The translations under genes were made by a program, and so were the position numbers. From IMG/VR virus record IMGVR_UViG_3300046786_000157, positions 57,220 through 121,219 of that record: 64,000 nt of DNA. One strand, given 5' to 3'. Of the stretch, positions 10,894 to 20,953 are shown in pieces (positions within the stretch are counted from its first letter, which is position 1; each line of letters starts with the position of its first letter). The notes beneath the pieces were generated by a model that was not told the origin of the DNA, ran no database searches, and saw only the letters and a list, made by a program, of their open reading frames with translations. The stretch comes from a virus.

Positions 10894-10917
10894 AGTAAAG
10901 AATTAAGGAGTGTATTT

Positions 10918-13176
10918 TTGGATTTCAATTTAAAGTCATTGGCGGTAGACAAAGCCGCCCCCAAAGAAAGACCGACAGAAGACATTGCGGATGCACGCCA
11001 TCGTAGTATGATGGAAGCTATTGCTCCCTATGCTAAAAAGACGATCCAAAAGAACCTAACTCCGGTCTACGTAGATTACAAAACACGCAAGACTACATTA
11101 GCGTTAGTGTTATGTCCTGAGTGGAGCCCGTATATGCCTCCGTTCAGTCTTGCACGACTATCAGGTGTTGCTAAGAGTGCCGGCTATGAAACACACATCA
11201 TGGACTTGAACGTTAAAGCGTACAATACATATCGTGATGATTGGCAACCAAACAACAAACTACCCTTTAGACTATGGGATCCTTCTAGCTCATGGCATTG
11301 GCTAGGTGACACATATCTCAATGATATTCACCCTGTACTAGAACCTATTCTTACAGAAGCTATTGATAAGTTAGTTGAAATGAAGCCTGACGTTGTTGGC
11401 TTTAGTGTATATTACATTAGCGAAGAACCCACTAAGTGGATGTGTCAAGAACTCAAACGTAGACTGCCTAATGTAAAGATTGCTGTTGGTGGCCCTAACG
11501 TACACAAGAGTTGGTTTAAGATTGAACCGTACTATGACTATGTTGTCGTAGGTGAAGGAGAGCAGAACTTATTAGTCTTGCTAGAAGATGTAGAGAACGG
11601 TAACACACGTGATATCCCTCTGATATTGAATCAACCTGAAGACGAACGTATCAACATCAACGGCTTACCTATGCCTGACTATGAAAGTATCGACTTCAAT
11701 CAGTATGAATTGCCTAACGGCGTTAACTCAGAGATATCACGTGGCTGTACAGCTAAGTGTACATTCTGTGAAGAAACACACTTCTGGAAGTATCGTCAGC
11801 GTCAAGCAGTTGACTTGATTGATGAAGTTGAATGGCTATATTATAACAAAGGTACTGACGTTATTTGGTTCATTGATAGTCTTATCAATGGTAACCCTAA
11901 AGAATTACGTGCATTTGCAGTAGCACTTAAAGAAAAAGACTTGAAAGTACGATGGACGGGATACGCACGTTGTGATGGTCGTATGAATTTAGAATATCTA
12001 AAAGACTTAGCTGATGGTGGCTGTATCATGTTCAACTTTGGATGTGAATCGGGCAGTCAGAAAGTATTAGATGATATGGCTAAGGGTGTTACTATCAAAG
12101 AGATGGAACAAAACTTTATTGACTGTAAAGAAGTAGGCATTTGGTGCGCTACTAACTGGATTGTAGGTTTCCCCACAGAAGACTTCCAAGACTATGCAGA
12201 TACAATGACATTCATCTGGCGTATGCGTAATAACAACATGAACAATGCAGGTCTAGGTGTAGGTTACGGTTTAGGTCCAGAAACAATTGTAGGACAGAAT
12301 CCTCACAAGTTTAACATTAGTTGGCACAAGTATATGAATCATTGGATCTCTAATGATTTCGCTAAAGGTGGCACACACGTTATGATTCGTGTGAAGACAT
12401 TTCATATGTTCTTAGACTTCTTCAAAGGATGTACAGAAGTTCCTGTAGGTTATCCTGTACGTTTTGCATTAGAGAAAGAACATTACAAAATTACATTTGA
12501 CAATCCTGATACTATCAGAGAAATCGAATATGAAAAGTTTGACTATAACATCATCAAAGTAAAGATTAACCCATTCGCTAACACACTAGTTAATGAAATG
12601 TGGCCTTTCTTTAGAATGTTGTGGAAGACTCGCGGTGGCTATGAAGCAGAAGTATTGTATAACCCTGAGATTGACTTGAAAGAGTTTGGAAGTCAGTTTG
12701 GCCCCGGCATGTTTAATGCTGTATACAAGTTTAAAATTACTGATGACGGTAAGTGGAGTGCTGACTTTGATATCAAGTTCAATCAGAACGTGGAGAATCC
12801 ATATGATGACCGTGAGCCGCCGCCAGCAGGTCGTAAAGGTCCTTTCTATGCACAAGACTATTCTCGTCTACAGTCAAATACAAGTAAACGTGCTCGTAAG
12901 CTTGCTAAGCCTAAGTGGGATGAAGAAGAAGGTCGTAGTGGACAAGACTTTACAGACTTACTTAACGAAGAAGCACACTTGAATGCTAACGTTGACTTCT
13001 CATTCAATCATCATTACATTGGTGAAGGTGATTGGGGCAACTATAATGATTATGCAGTTGAAGTATCAAGTGTAACAACTGTCGCATTACCGGAAAAAGA
13101 AGCTCAGAAGTACAATGAAGTGGGAGTAATTAAGTTAGACACTATCAAGCGCAAGCGTCCTGCGTTCCCTGTCTAA
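10918..13176 (+). CDS. Cobalamin-binding radical SAM protein
   Basis: PPFSLARL, VVGFSVY..GGP, SRGCTAKCTFC, FGCESGSQ, WIVGFPTE. Confidence 0.88.
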   Translation: MDFNLKSLAVDKAAPKERPTEDIADARHRSMMEAIAPYAKKTIQKNLTPVYVDYKTRKTTLALVLCPEWSPYMPPFSLARLSGVAKSAGYETHIMDLNVKAYNTYRDDWQPNNKLPFRLWDPSSSWHWLGDTYLNDIHPVLEPILTEAIDKLVEMKPDVVGFSVYYISEEPTKWMCQELKRRLPNVKIAVGGPNVHKSWFKIEPYYDYVVVGEGEQNLLVLLEDVENGNTRDIPLILNQPEDERININGLPMPDYESIDFNQYELPNGVNSEISRGCTAKCTFCEETHFWKYRQRQAVDLIDEVEWLYYNKGTDVIWFIDSLINGNPKELRAFAVALKEKDLKVRWTGYARCDGRMNLEYLKDLADGGCIMFNFGCESGSQKVLDDMAKGVTIKEMEQNFIDCKEVGIWCATNWIVGFPTEDFQDYADTMTFIWRMRNNNMNNAGLGVGYGLGPETIVGQNPHKFNISWHKYMNHWISNDFAKGGTHVMIRVKTFHMFLDFFKGCTEVPVGYPVRFALEKEHYKITFDNPDTIREIEYEKFDYNIIKVKINPFANTLVNEMWPFFRMLWKTRGGYEAEVLYNPEIDLKEFGSQFGPGMFNAVYKFKITDDGKWSADFDIKFNQNVENPYDDREPPPAGRKGPFYAQDYSRLQSNTSKRARKLAKPKWDEEEGRSGQDFTDLLNEEAHLNANVDFSFNHHYIGEGDWGNYNDYAVEVSSVTTVALPEKEAQKYNEVGVIKLDTIKRKRPAFPV

Positions 13177-13182
13177 TAGAAA

Positions 13183-13935
13183 GTGAATATGAAAAAGATA
13201 ATGTTAATTGCAGGATGTAGTCATACATCTGGATCTGAAATAAATGGCACCGAAGATAGCGAATACAATCGCCAGCATTCGTATGGTAATCAGCTTGCAT
13301 ATAAGCTAGGATATGAACCCATTAACTTTGCTGAGCCAGGCTCAACAAACCCCACAATTGCTAGAAGTATTTTAGAATGGTTCAGTAAAGAATACAAACC
13401 AGAAGAAATGAAATTGTTTGTTTTGATTGGATGGACAGAATCTACTCGTATGGAAGTACCTTTTCATAGAACATCATGGTATGATTTTCATAATTCATCA
13501 CATGATTGGTTCTCTGAGTCAGGTAGAGATTATCTACGAATCAATATGGGTTGGGAAGGTATTGACCCTGAAGAAAAAGAATTGATTCCTGCATATCATA
13601 GATTCATGGCTAATAACACTCAGTACCTAGAGATAGTCAGTGCTAACGCAGTGCTACAATTGCAATACTTCTTAAAGATGCACAAAGTTGATTATACAAT
13701 GTGCAACGTAATGCATATGTTCACTCAGGATAAACATCTTGATTTCTATACTGGCTTAATAGATACCACTAAATATATGAACATGGACGACAATGACCAG
13801 TCATTCTATACTAGGTATAAGAGAGATGGGTATACTAATCCTAAAGCTAAGTATTGGCATCATGATGAAATTCCTCATCGTTTATATGCCGAAGAGTTGT
13901 TCAGATTCATAGGAGAGAACAAATGTTTATCGTAA
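13183..13935 (+). CDS. SGNH-like protein
   Basis: AGCSHTSG, NFAEPGSTN, C-terminal HHDE..H. Confidence 0.6.
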   Translation: MNMKKIMLIAGCSHTSGSEINGTEDSEYNRQHSYGNQLAYKLGYEPINFAEPGSTNPTIARSILEWFSKEYKPEEMKLFVLIGWTESTRMEVPFHRTSWYDFHNSSHDWFSESGRDYLRINMGWEGIDPEEKELIPAYHRFMANNTQYLEIVSANAVLQLQYFLKMHKVDYTMCNVMHMFTQDKHLDFYTGLIDTTKYMNMDDNDQSFYTRYKRDGYTNPKAKYWHHDEIPHRLYAEELFRFIGENKCLS

Positions 13936-14021
13936 GATTTTATAAATATTTGGTACGTGAATATCAGTACCGCAAGCGCATCAAAGAACTACGTAAAAGA
14001 GATCCATTCATCTACAAATGA
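13923..14021 (+). CDS. 32-aa basic peptide (MFIVRFYKYLVREYQYRKRIKELRKRDPFIYK), not in ORF track
   Basis: Open frame exactly fills the gap; its TGA overlaps the carbamoyltransferase ATG (ATGA). Confidence 0.65.
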   Translation: MFIVRFYKYLVREYQYRKRIKELRKRDPFIYK

Positions 14022-15514
14022 ACTATATTGGTATAAGCTCAGGTTTTCATGACGCAGCCTTAAGCGTCATTGATAGTAATGGCAACATCGTGTTCGCTGG
14101 TCACAGTGAACGATACAGTAAGCACAAGCACGACAAACATTTGTCAATGGGTCTCGTTGAAGATGCATTGAAATACTGTGATAGTCGTGATGTAGAGATT
14201 CATTATTACGAACGTCCGTGGATGAAGTTTCTACGTCAAGTTCGTTCAGGTGAAAAGCCTAAATTAGCAAACTTGTTTGTTAAAGACATTATCGGCACTG
14301 GTCTATTGCATAAACTACAAGATGGTCGTGGTGGCAAAGTTCATACACACAATCATCACTTGAGTCATGCGGCAGCAGGGTTCCAAACAAGCCCTTATGA
14401 TGACGCTACTGTTGTTGTGATTGATGCTATCGGCGAGTTTGATACTATCAGTATTTGGAATGCTTACTACGATAAGAATGGTGTAGCACAATACAAAAAA
14501 CTATGGGGACAGAAGTATCCAGATAGTATAGGATTATTCTATTCAGCAATGACTGAACGTGTAGGCTTACGTCCATTAGATGAAGAATACATTTTGATGG
14601 GTATGGCAGCATATGGCAATGACAAACCATTAAAAGACATGTCTTCTGAGTTAATAGAATCATATAAAGATATTATTTTTAAAGATAATTTACATACCGG
14701 CGTATCTTCTAATTTCTTAGAAGGCGTTGATGATATGAGTATCGCCACTAGCGCACAATTGATTGCAGAACAATTAATTACTAACGTTATGAGTAGAGCA
14801 AGAAGTTTAAGCAATAGTAAGAATCTTGTATACGGTGGCGGTGTAGCATTAAACTGTCTAGCGAATAGACTTATAGGAGAATATTATGAGAATATTTGGA
14901 TTATGCCTAATCCTGGTGATGCTGGTTCTAGCCTTGGTGCTGCCTGTCTCGGCTACGGTAAACGTGTTACTTGGAATAATAGCTTTATTGGTCATTGTAT
15001 TGAAGGCAGCTATCCCACTAATGCTATTCTTGACAGTCTGCTTAGTGATAGGATTGTTGGGGTTGCTAGTGGTAGGGCTGAATTCGGACCGAGAGCACTT
15101 GGACATAGAAGCCTACTTGCAGACCCCAGAGGACAAGAAATAAAGGATAAAGTAAATGAAATTAAACGCAGACAGAAGTTCAGACCTTTCGCCCCAGTCA
15201 TTTTGGAGGAGTATGCTGATGATTATTTTGATATGCCTCGTGGCTTCAGTAATAGCAGGTATATGCAAGTCATCAGTCGTTGTAGGCATCCTGACTTATT
15301 TCCTGCTATCGTTCATAATGATGGGACTTCACGTGTTCAGACTGTTCCAAAAGATGGAAGTGGAATCAGAGAACTCCTTGAAAAGTGGTACATCTTGACA
15401 GGATGCCCAATGTTGTTAAACACATCACTTAACATACGAGGTGAACCAATGGTCAATGATCGTAGTGACGCTGACAGATTTGAAAAACTTTATAATGTCA
15501 AAGTCATTTCATAA
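14018..15514 (+). CDS. Carbamoyltransferase (NodU/CmcH/TobZ family)
   Basis: GFHDAA, HHLSHAAAGF, DAIGE, GGVALNC, EFGPRALGHRS, FRPFAP, LLNTSLN. Confidence 0.93.
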   Translation: MNYIGISSGFHDAALSVIDSNGNIVFAGHSERYSKHKHDKHLSMGLVEDALKYCDSRDVEIHYYERPWMKFLRQVRSGEKPKLANLFVKDIIGTGLLHKLQDGRGGKVHTHNHHLSHAAAGFQTSPYDDATVVVIDAIGEFDTISIWNAYYDKNGVAQYKKLWGQKYPDSIGLFYSAMTERVGLRPLDEEYILMGMAAYGNDKPLKDMSSELIESYKDIIFKDNLHTGVSSNFLEGVDDMSIATSAQLIAEQLITNVMSRARSLSNSKNLVYGGGVALNCLANRLIGEYYENIWIMPNPGDAGSSLGAACLGYGKRVTWNNSFIGHCIEGSYPTNAILDSLLSDRIVGVASGRAEFGPRALGHRSLLADPRGQEIKDKVNEIKRRQKFRPFAPVILEEYADDYFDMPRGFSNSRYMQVISRCRHPDLFPAIVHNDGTSRVQTVPKDGSGIRELLEKWYILTGCPMLLNTSLNIRGEPMVNDRSDADRFEKLYNVKVIS

Positions 15515-15522
15515 GTAATATT

Positions 15523-18500
15523 ATGCTAAGAGATGTATTTTATTACGGACAGAAACCTAACGCCCATCCAAGAGAAAAGTTTGCACAAGACTTAGTTGAT
15601 GCTAGAAATCAAGCAACAACAGAACACTTTTGGATCATAAACGAATTTTGCGACTATACAAAGTTTGATTGGGACTTTGATTTTGAATTTTTACACGATG
15701 ACGATGTATGGGCTGAGAGTCATAACAATGTATGGCCTAGTAAATATCAAAAAGATAGTGGCACATGGTTATGTGCAAAAGAATTTAGTGCTATCATAAT
15801 CTATCGCAATGACGTAGACCCTGTACCCAGAAAAACTGTTTCACATAAACACTGGCAAGTATTATCGCCTATTGACGAAACTAAGTTTGACTTTGGGTGG
15901 CATCCTGATCCATCTGACCCTCCGTATATCTACGTTTGGGGCAATCAGTGGTACCCAGGCACAGTAATGCCCACAGTAGAATATCATGTTGATGGTGCAA
16001 CACAGCGCAAATTTGTTGATACAAGTTTGGCGATACTAGCACAGCAACCTAAAAACTTTGAAGTGTTTGAAGAAGTTGACCACTTTGACTTTAGTTGGGT
16101 TCCTAATCCAACTAGCCCACCTTATATCTATGCTTGGGGCAATCAATGGAATGACCCTGAAGATAAAGTTTCAGTGCAGTATGTAGTAGAAGGTGGTACA
16201 GAATATAAGTTCATGCATAACAATGCTAGACGCAAACCCTGCATGGACAATTGGGTAGTACCTACTAACGTAGACGTTAGTAACTTTGATTTTAGTTGGG
16301 AGCCAAGCCCAGCAGAACCACCGTTCATATACCAGTTCGGCACACAACATCAAAAGACAGGTGGTCCAAGATACATAGTTGAAGATGCAACAGAGGTTAA
16401 GTACGTTGACATACTAAAAGCCAAAGCATTACCGTCAACAGAAAATTGGACTCTTCCAAATAATATAGACATTGATAACTTTGATTTTAGTTGGCACCCC
16501 GATGATACTAGCCCTCCTTATATCTATTACTTTGCAACACAGTGGGCATTAAGTGGTGGACCTATCTATACAGTACCTGAAGCGACCGAAGTCAAATACG
16601 TAGAAGATGTTCAAGCAAAAGCATTACCAAACAAAGCTAATTGGGAAGTGCCTGCATTCATTGATAGTGATAGCTTTGACTTTAGCTGGCACCCATATGT
16701 AGAAGATGAGCCTTATATCTATCAATTCGGCACACAATGGCAGAAGACAGGTGGCCCTAAGTATATCACCCCCGGCTCACACAAGAACAGTCCTGTAAAG
16801 TATATTGATACACGTATTCTTAAAGCAAAACGTTTACCATCAAAGCAAGGGTTTACTCATGTGAATGGATCGTTAATTGAAGATTTTGATTACTCTTGGC
16901 ACCCTGACACAACAGAAGAACCATACATATATAAATTCGGAAGTCAATGGTATTCAGCAGAGATACTATCTGCGATTGAATATGTTGTTCCCGGTGCAAC
17001 ACAAGTAAAATATGTAACAGATATTATTGCTACGTTAGCACCCTCTAAACAAAACTGGGTTATTGCAGAAGATGTTGAAGTAGCTAACTTTGACTTTAGT
17101 TGGGTGCCTAACCCACATGATCCTCCCTACATTTATCGCTGGGGTAACAAATATGTTAGTAACAAATTCAAGCCCACACTAGAATATCATGTACCCGATG
17201 CAACTGATATCAAGTACATGGATGACAATGTGGAAGTATTACCTGAATGGGATCGCTGGCAACTATTTGGCAATGTTGATAAAGAAAGTTTTGATTTCTC
17301 ATGGAGACCTGATCCACGTGAACCTGCTTATATCTATCGTTGGGGTAACAAATACGTTAGTAACAAGTTTAAACCTACGGTAGAATATCATGTACCAGGA
17401 GCAACTGACATTAAGTACATGGATGATAGTGTAGGTGTGCTTCCTGAATGGGATCGTTGGGAAATACCTGATGACATTGATAAACAGAGTTTTGATTTCT
17501 CATGGAGACCTGATCCATTAGAAGCTGATCTTATTTGGCAGTTCGGTACACAATGGCAGAAGACAGGTGGACCAAGATATGTAGTTCCTGGCGCCACAGA
17601 AGTCAAATACATAGACAAACTAAAAGCTCGCCGCTTACCATCACCCGACAATTGGGAGATGCCGGACAAAGTAAAGATAGCTAAGTTCGATACTAGCTGG
17701 CATCCTGATGCTACTGACGGCCCATACATATATCAATTTGGTACTCAGTGGGTTTTGACAGGTGGACCGAGATATGTAGTTCCTGGCGCAACTGAAGTTA
17801 AGTTCGTTGAAGAAAATAATGCAATTGCCGCACCAGATCACGCACCTTGGATAACACCTAGTGATATTGATGGCATCAGCTTTGATTACTCTTGGCACCC
17901 TCACCCTGATGACCCACCATTCGTCTATCAATTTGGTACACAGTGGCAAAAGACAGGCGGACCTAAATATATTGCTGAAGGTGCGATTGATGGTGAGACT
18001 GCTGTAAAATATATTGACACTCGTATTTTGAAATCTAGACGTTTGCCTAGTAGAAACAACTGGGTTATTGAAAATGCAATTGATGTAAGCACATTCGATT
18101 TTAGTTGGCACCCGGATGCAAACTCTCCTAAGTATATCTATCAATTCGGTACATTGAGTAATGATACAGATGGCCCACGATACGAAGTACCTGATAATAA
18201 TGGTGAAATTGTATTCTTAGAACGCACTAAGCTTAAAGATGATGAAGTAGCATTCCCTCACTATTTTATTGAAACTACACTTGATGATTTAGTTAAGAAT
18301 CATCCTAACGAAGTATTTTGGGCATTAAACCCTGATATTGATTACTCTGCATTTGATTTCAATTGGAGACCTAGTATTGAGCAAGCACGTTATATACACG
18401 CATTTGGCTCAGAGGATAACATCAATACACAAACATACTTTGTGTCAGGTCCTATGTGGCATCAAGGCTACAGAGATATCAACTATGTTGAGAAAAAGAT

Positions 18501-20262
18501 AGAAGTTAACTATATCATTGATTTGTTCTTTGTGGATAGAGGTAACAAAGAATCAAACTCTCGCTTTGAGAGATTGAAACAACAATTTGGAAATAGAATA
18601 CAAAAAACTCGCTACTTGAACAGTTGGGTTGATACAATCAATCGCTGTATCAATCGTTCATCATCTAATCTATGTTGGATACTTAATAGTGAACTAGACT
18701 ATATTGGTTTTGATTTCAAGTATTATCCTAACCCATGGCAGATGAATATGGTTCATGTATTTGGAACACAGTGGAGTCATTGGGGCACAACCTTCATGGT
18801 CAATCGTGAAACGTTTGCAAAAGATACCAAATATGTTAAAATTATTGAACACCTTTCTAATTTGAACTTTGTTAAAGATAGAAATAGTAGAGCCACTAAC
18901 TGTTTATATGATGTGTTCTTAGTAGATCATGGTAACCGTAGTGTCACTAAGGTATTGAGAACAATTCAAAGTCGTGTATCATCTGATATACCTGTCAATC
19001 TTGTAAAGTACACCGATAGTTATTTTGAAACATTTAAAGAACTATTAAAGACACTTCCTGAAAAGAAAGAGCATTACATATGGATATGCTCTAGTGTTTG
19101 TGATTATGCTAAATTTGATTTTAGTTATATCTGTGATCCATACGCAAAAGAACAACTGCATGTGTTTCCTAGTGACAAACAGAAGTTTGGTGATACATTC
19201 TTAGTTAACGTAAACAAACTACGTGAATTGATAGCAGACATGAGTAAGTTGGAAGAGTATACAAAGATTAATTACAACCAACATCAACGTGTTGCTAGAC
19301 TACCTGCACCATCTATCATAACTGAAGGTGATACACATGTATCTAGTATCAATACTGACTTTGACTTCCCGTATGCAATCTTTACTGCGAACGACAACAC
19401 AGACAACGGTATTATTGATGTTGAACCAATGAGCTTATGGTCTCCTGAACACAAGAACATCATTGTTACAACTACGGGTGCAACTAGAATCATTGCACCT
19501 AAAGAAGTTAAAGAATATGTTAAGCGTGAATTGTATGATTATCCGTACATCAAGACTAACAGCAAGCTAGGCAAGTCTACTCCAATGGACATTGTGTTCT
19601 TATCTAATGGTGAGGCAGGTGCAGACGCTAACTACGAACATTTGTTAAGAGTTACACATGGATTAGCTAATCGTGTTGTTAGAGTAGACGGAGTAAATGG
19701 TCGTGTGCAAGCATATCATGCGGCTGCTGATGCAAGCAATACACCTTGGATGTTCACTGTGTTTGCTAAGTTAAAAGTCAGCAACAAGTTTGATTGGAAC
19801 TGGCAACCTGATAGAATGCAATTACCTAAACATTATGTATTCCACGCTAAAAACCCAGTTAACGGATTGGTCTATGGTCACCAAGCTATGATTGCATATA
19901 ACAAGAAAATTACATTGAAGAACAACGGTAAGGGTCTTGACTTTACAATGGACGATGAACATGAGATTGTTCCTTTGTTGTCAGGTGTTGCTAATTTTAA
20001 TACTGATGTTTGGTCTACGTGGCGTACTAGCTTCCGTGAAGTTGTTAAGTTGAAATCCGACACAACAGACGAGAGTAAAGAACGATTGAATGTTTGGATG
20101 ACAGAGGCGTCAGGTAATCATAGTGAATGGTGTCTACGTGGCGCACAGGATGCTAGTGATTACTTTGATAGTGTAGGCGGTGACTTCTTTGAACTACGTG
20201 ACAGTTATGAATGGGCATGGTTAAAGAACAGATTCCTGACATTGTATCCTAATGAAACCTGA
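15523..20262 (+). CDS. 1579-aa tandem-repeat protein with C-terminal glycosyltransferase-like domain
   Basis: About 12 copies of a 60-70 aa FDFSWxPxP..PYIYxFGxQW..GP.Y unit plus degenerate copies; C-terminal DIVFLSNGE..RVDGVNG..AYHAAA..FTVFAK. Confidence 0.75.
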   Translation: MLRDVFYYGQKPNAHPREKFAQDLVDARNQATTEHFWIINEFCDYTKFDWDFDFEFLHDDDVWAESHNNVWPSKYQKDSGTWLCAKEFSAIIIYRNDVDPVPRKTVSHKHWQVLSPIDETKFDFGWHPDPSDPPYIYVWGNQWYPGTVMPTVEYHVDGATQRKFVDTSLAILAQQPKNFEVFEEVDHFDFSWVPNPTSPPYIYAWGNQWNDPEDKVSVQYVVEGGTEYKFMHNNARRKPCMDNWVVPTNVDVSNFDFSWEPSPAEPPFIYQFGTQHQKTGGPRYIVEDATEVKYVDILKAKALPSTENWTLPNNIDIDNFDFSWHPDDTSPPYIYYFATQWALSGGPIYTVPEATEVKYVEDVQAKALPNKANWEVPAFIDSDSFDFSWHPYVEDEPYIYQFGTQWQKTGGPKYITPGSHKNSPVKYIDTRILKAKRLPSKQGFTHVNGSLIEDFDYSWHPDTTEEPYIYKFGSQWYSAEILSAIEYVVPGATQVKYVTDIIATLAPSKQNWVIAEDVEVANFDFSWVPNPHDPPYIYRWGNKYVSNKFKPTLEYHVPDATDIKYMDDNVEVLPEWDRWQLFGNVDKESFDFSWRPDPREPAYIYRWGNKYVSNKFKPTVEYHVPGATDIKYMDDSVGVLPEWDRWEIPDDIDKQSFDFSWRPDPLEADLIWQFGTQWQKTGGPRYVVPGATEVKYIDKLKARRLPSPDNWEMPDKVKIAKFDTSWHPDATDGPYIYQFGTQWVLTGGPRYVVPGATEVKFVEENNAIAAPDHAPWITPSDIDGISFDYSWHPHPDDPPFVYQFGTQWQKTGGPKYIAEGAIDGETAVKYIDTRILKSRRLPSRNNWVIENAIDVSTFDFSWHPDANSPKYIYQFGTLSNDTDGPRYEVPDNNGEIVFLERTKLKDDEVAFPHYFIETTLDDLVKNHPNEVFWALNPDIDYSAFDFNWRPSIEQARYIHAFGSEDNINTQTYFVSGPMWHQGYRDINYVEKKIEVNYIIDLFFVDRGNKESNSRFERLKQQFGNRIQKTRYLNSWVDTINRCINRSSSNLCWILNSELDYIGFDFKYYPNPWQMNMVHVFGTQWSHWGTTFMVNRETFAKDTKYVKIIEHLSNLNFVKDRNSRATNCLYDVFLVDHGNRSVTKVLRTIQSRVSSDIPVNLVKYTDSYFETFKELLKTLPEKKEHYIWICSSVCDYAKFDFSYICDPYAKEQLHVFPSDKQKFGDTFLVNVNKLRELIADMSKLEEYTKINYNQHQRVARLPAPSIITEGDTHVSSINTDFDFPYAIFTANDNTDNGIIDVEPMSLWSPEHKNIIVTTTGATRIIAPKEVKEYVKRELYDYPYIKTNSKLGKSTPMDIVFLSNGEAGADANYEHLLRVTHGLANRVVRVDGVNGRVQAYHAAADASNTPWMFTVFAKLKVSNKFDWNWQPDRMQLPKHYVFHAKNPVNGLVYGHQAMIAYNKKITLKNNGKGLDFTMDDEHEIVPLLSGVANFNTDVWSTWRTSFREVVKLKSDTTDESKERLNVWMTEASGNHSEWCLRGAQDASDYFDSVGGDFFELRDSYEWAWLKNRFLTLYPNET
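17131..17520 (+). repeat. Recent 201-nt (67-codon) tandem duplication within the repeat protein
   Basis: YIYRWGNKYVSNKFKPTxEYHVPxATDIKYMDDxVxVLPEWDRW at about 17131 and 17332. Confidence 0.85.
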
Positions 20263-20938
20263 TGTATATATCTGTGGATGTAGCTTCTCTACCGGGGCCT
20301 ATTGTACTGACACACATGTCGAATATAATACCCCGTATCCAGAACTGTTTTGTATAGATAAAACGCTATCCTTCGAAAATATTGCATTCAATGGATCATC
20401 AAATTATGGAATTGCGAAACAAGTTGAATACGCAATTAAACAACAACCTAAATTAATTTTAGTTAACGTTACTACGTCATTGAGATTTGACTGGACTATA
20501 CCAGAGTCACGATTAGAAGATTTACCTACACTTGCTAATTTTGTATTCAACAACAAATTGAATACATTAGAGCCAGACACAGAAAAATGCGTACACTCGT
20601 CTTCTTTGATAACACTAGTCAATGGAAATAAAAATAGAATACTCACTGAATATGTAGCAACATTTGTAGACCCGTGGTTGAAGAGTGATATGGATAGGTT
20701 AATAATTTTAGGTATGATACACCAATTGAAGGTATCAAAAATCCCATATCAGATTGTAAATTTTAATTCTGATTATACATTTTCGGCACCCTATGTGCTT
20801 GAGTACCCTTATAGTGTGTTCACTAAAAATTTTCCAGTTGCGACAGACCCTAATCACTTTAACAGTGCAGGCCACTTAGCATTATCTAAAGTATTACTAA
20901 GTACAATACCCAAAACTATTGACGTTAACTCTGTATAA
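20252..20938 (+). CDS. SGNH-like protein
   Basis: CGCSFSTG, NIAFNGSSN, DPNHFNSAGH. Confidence 0.6.
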   Translation: MKPDVYICGCSFSTGAYCTDTHVEYNTPYPELFCIDKTLSFENIAFNGSSNYGIAKQVEYAIKQQPKLILVNVTTSLRFDWTIPESRLEDLPTLANFVFNNKLNTLEPDTEKCVHSSSLITLVNGNKNRILTEYVATFVDPWLKSDMDRLIILGMIHQLKVSKIPYQIVNFNSDYTFSAPYVLEYPYSVFTKNFPVATDPNHFNSAGHLALSKVLLSTIPKTIDVNSV

Positions 20939-20947
20939 ATATATACT
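20919..20947 (+). promoter_or_regulatory. Promoter of the tmRNA gene
   Basis: TTGACG-N17-TATACT with an embedded TATAAATA (20934..20941). Confidence 0.75.
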
Positions 20948-20953
20948 GTAAGT

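Noticed and set aside
15523-20262. CRISPR array or DGR template/variable repeat
   Set aside because: The repeats are in-frame coding units with mostly synonymous differences; no spacers, no adenine-specific variation, and no reverse transcriptase in the window
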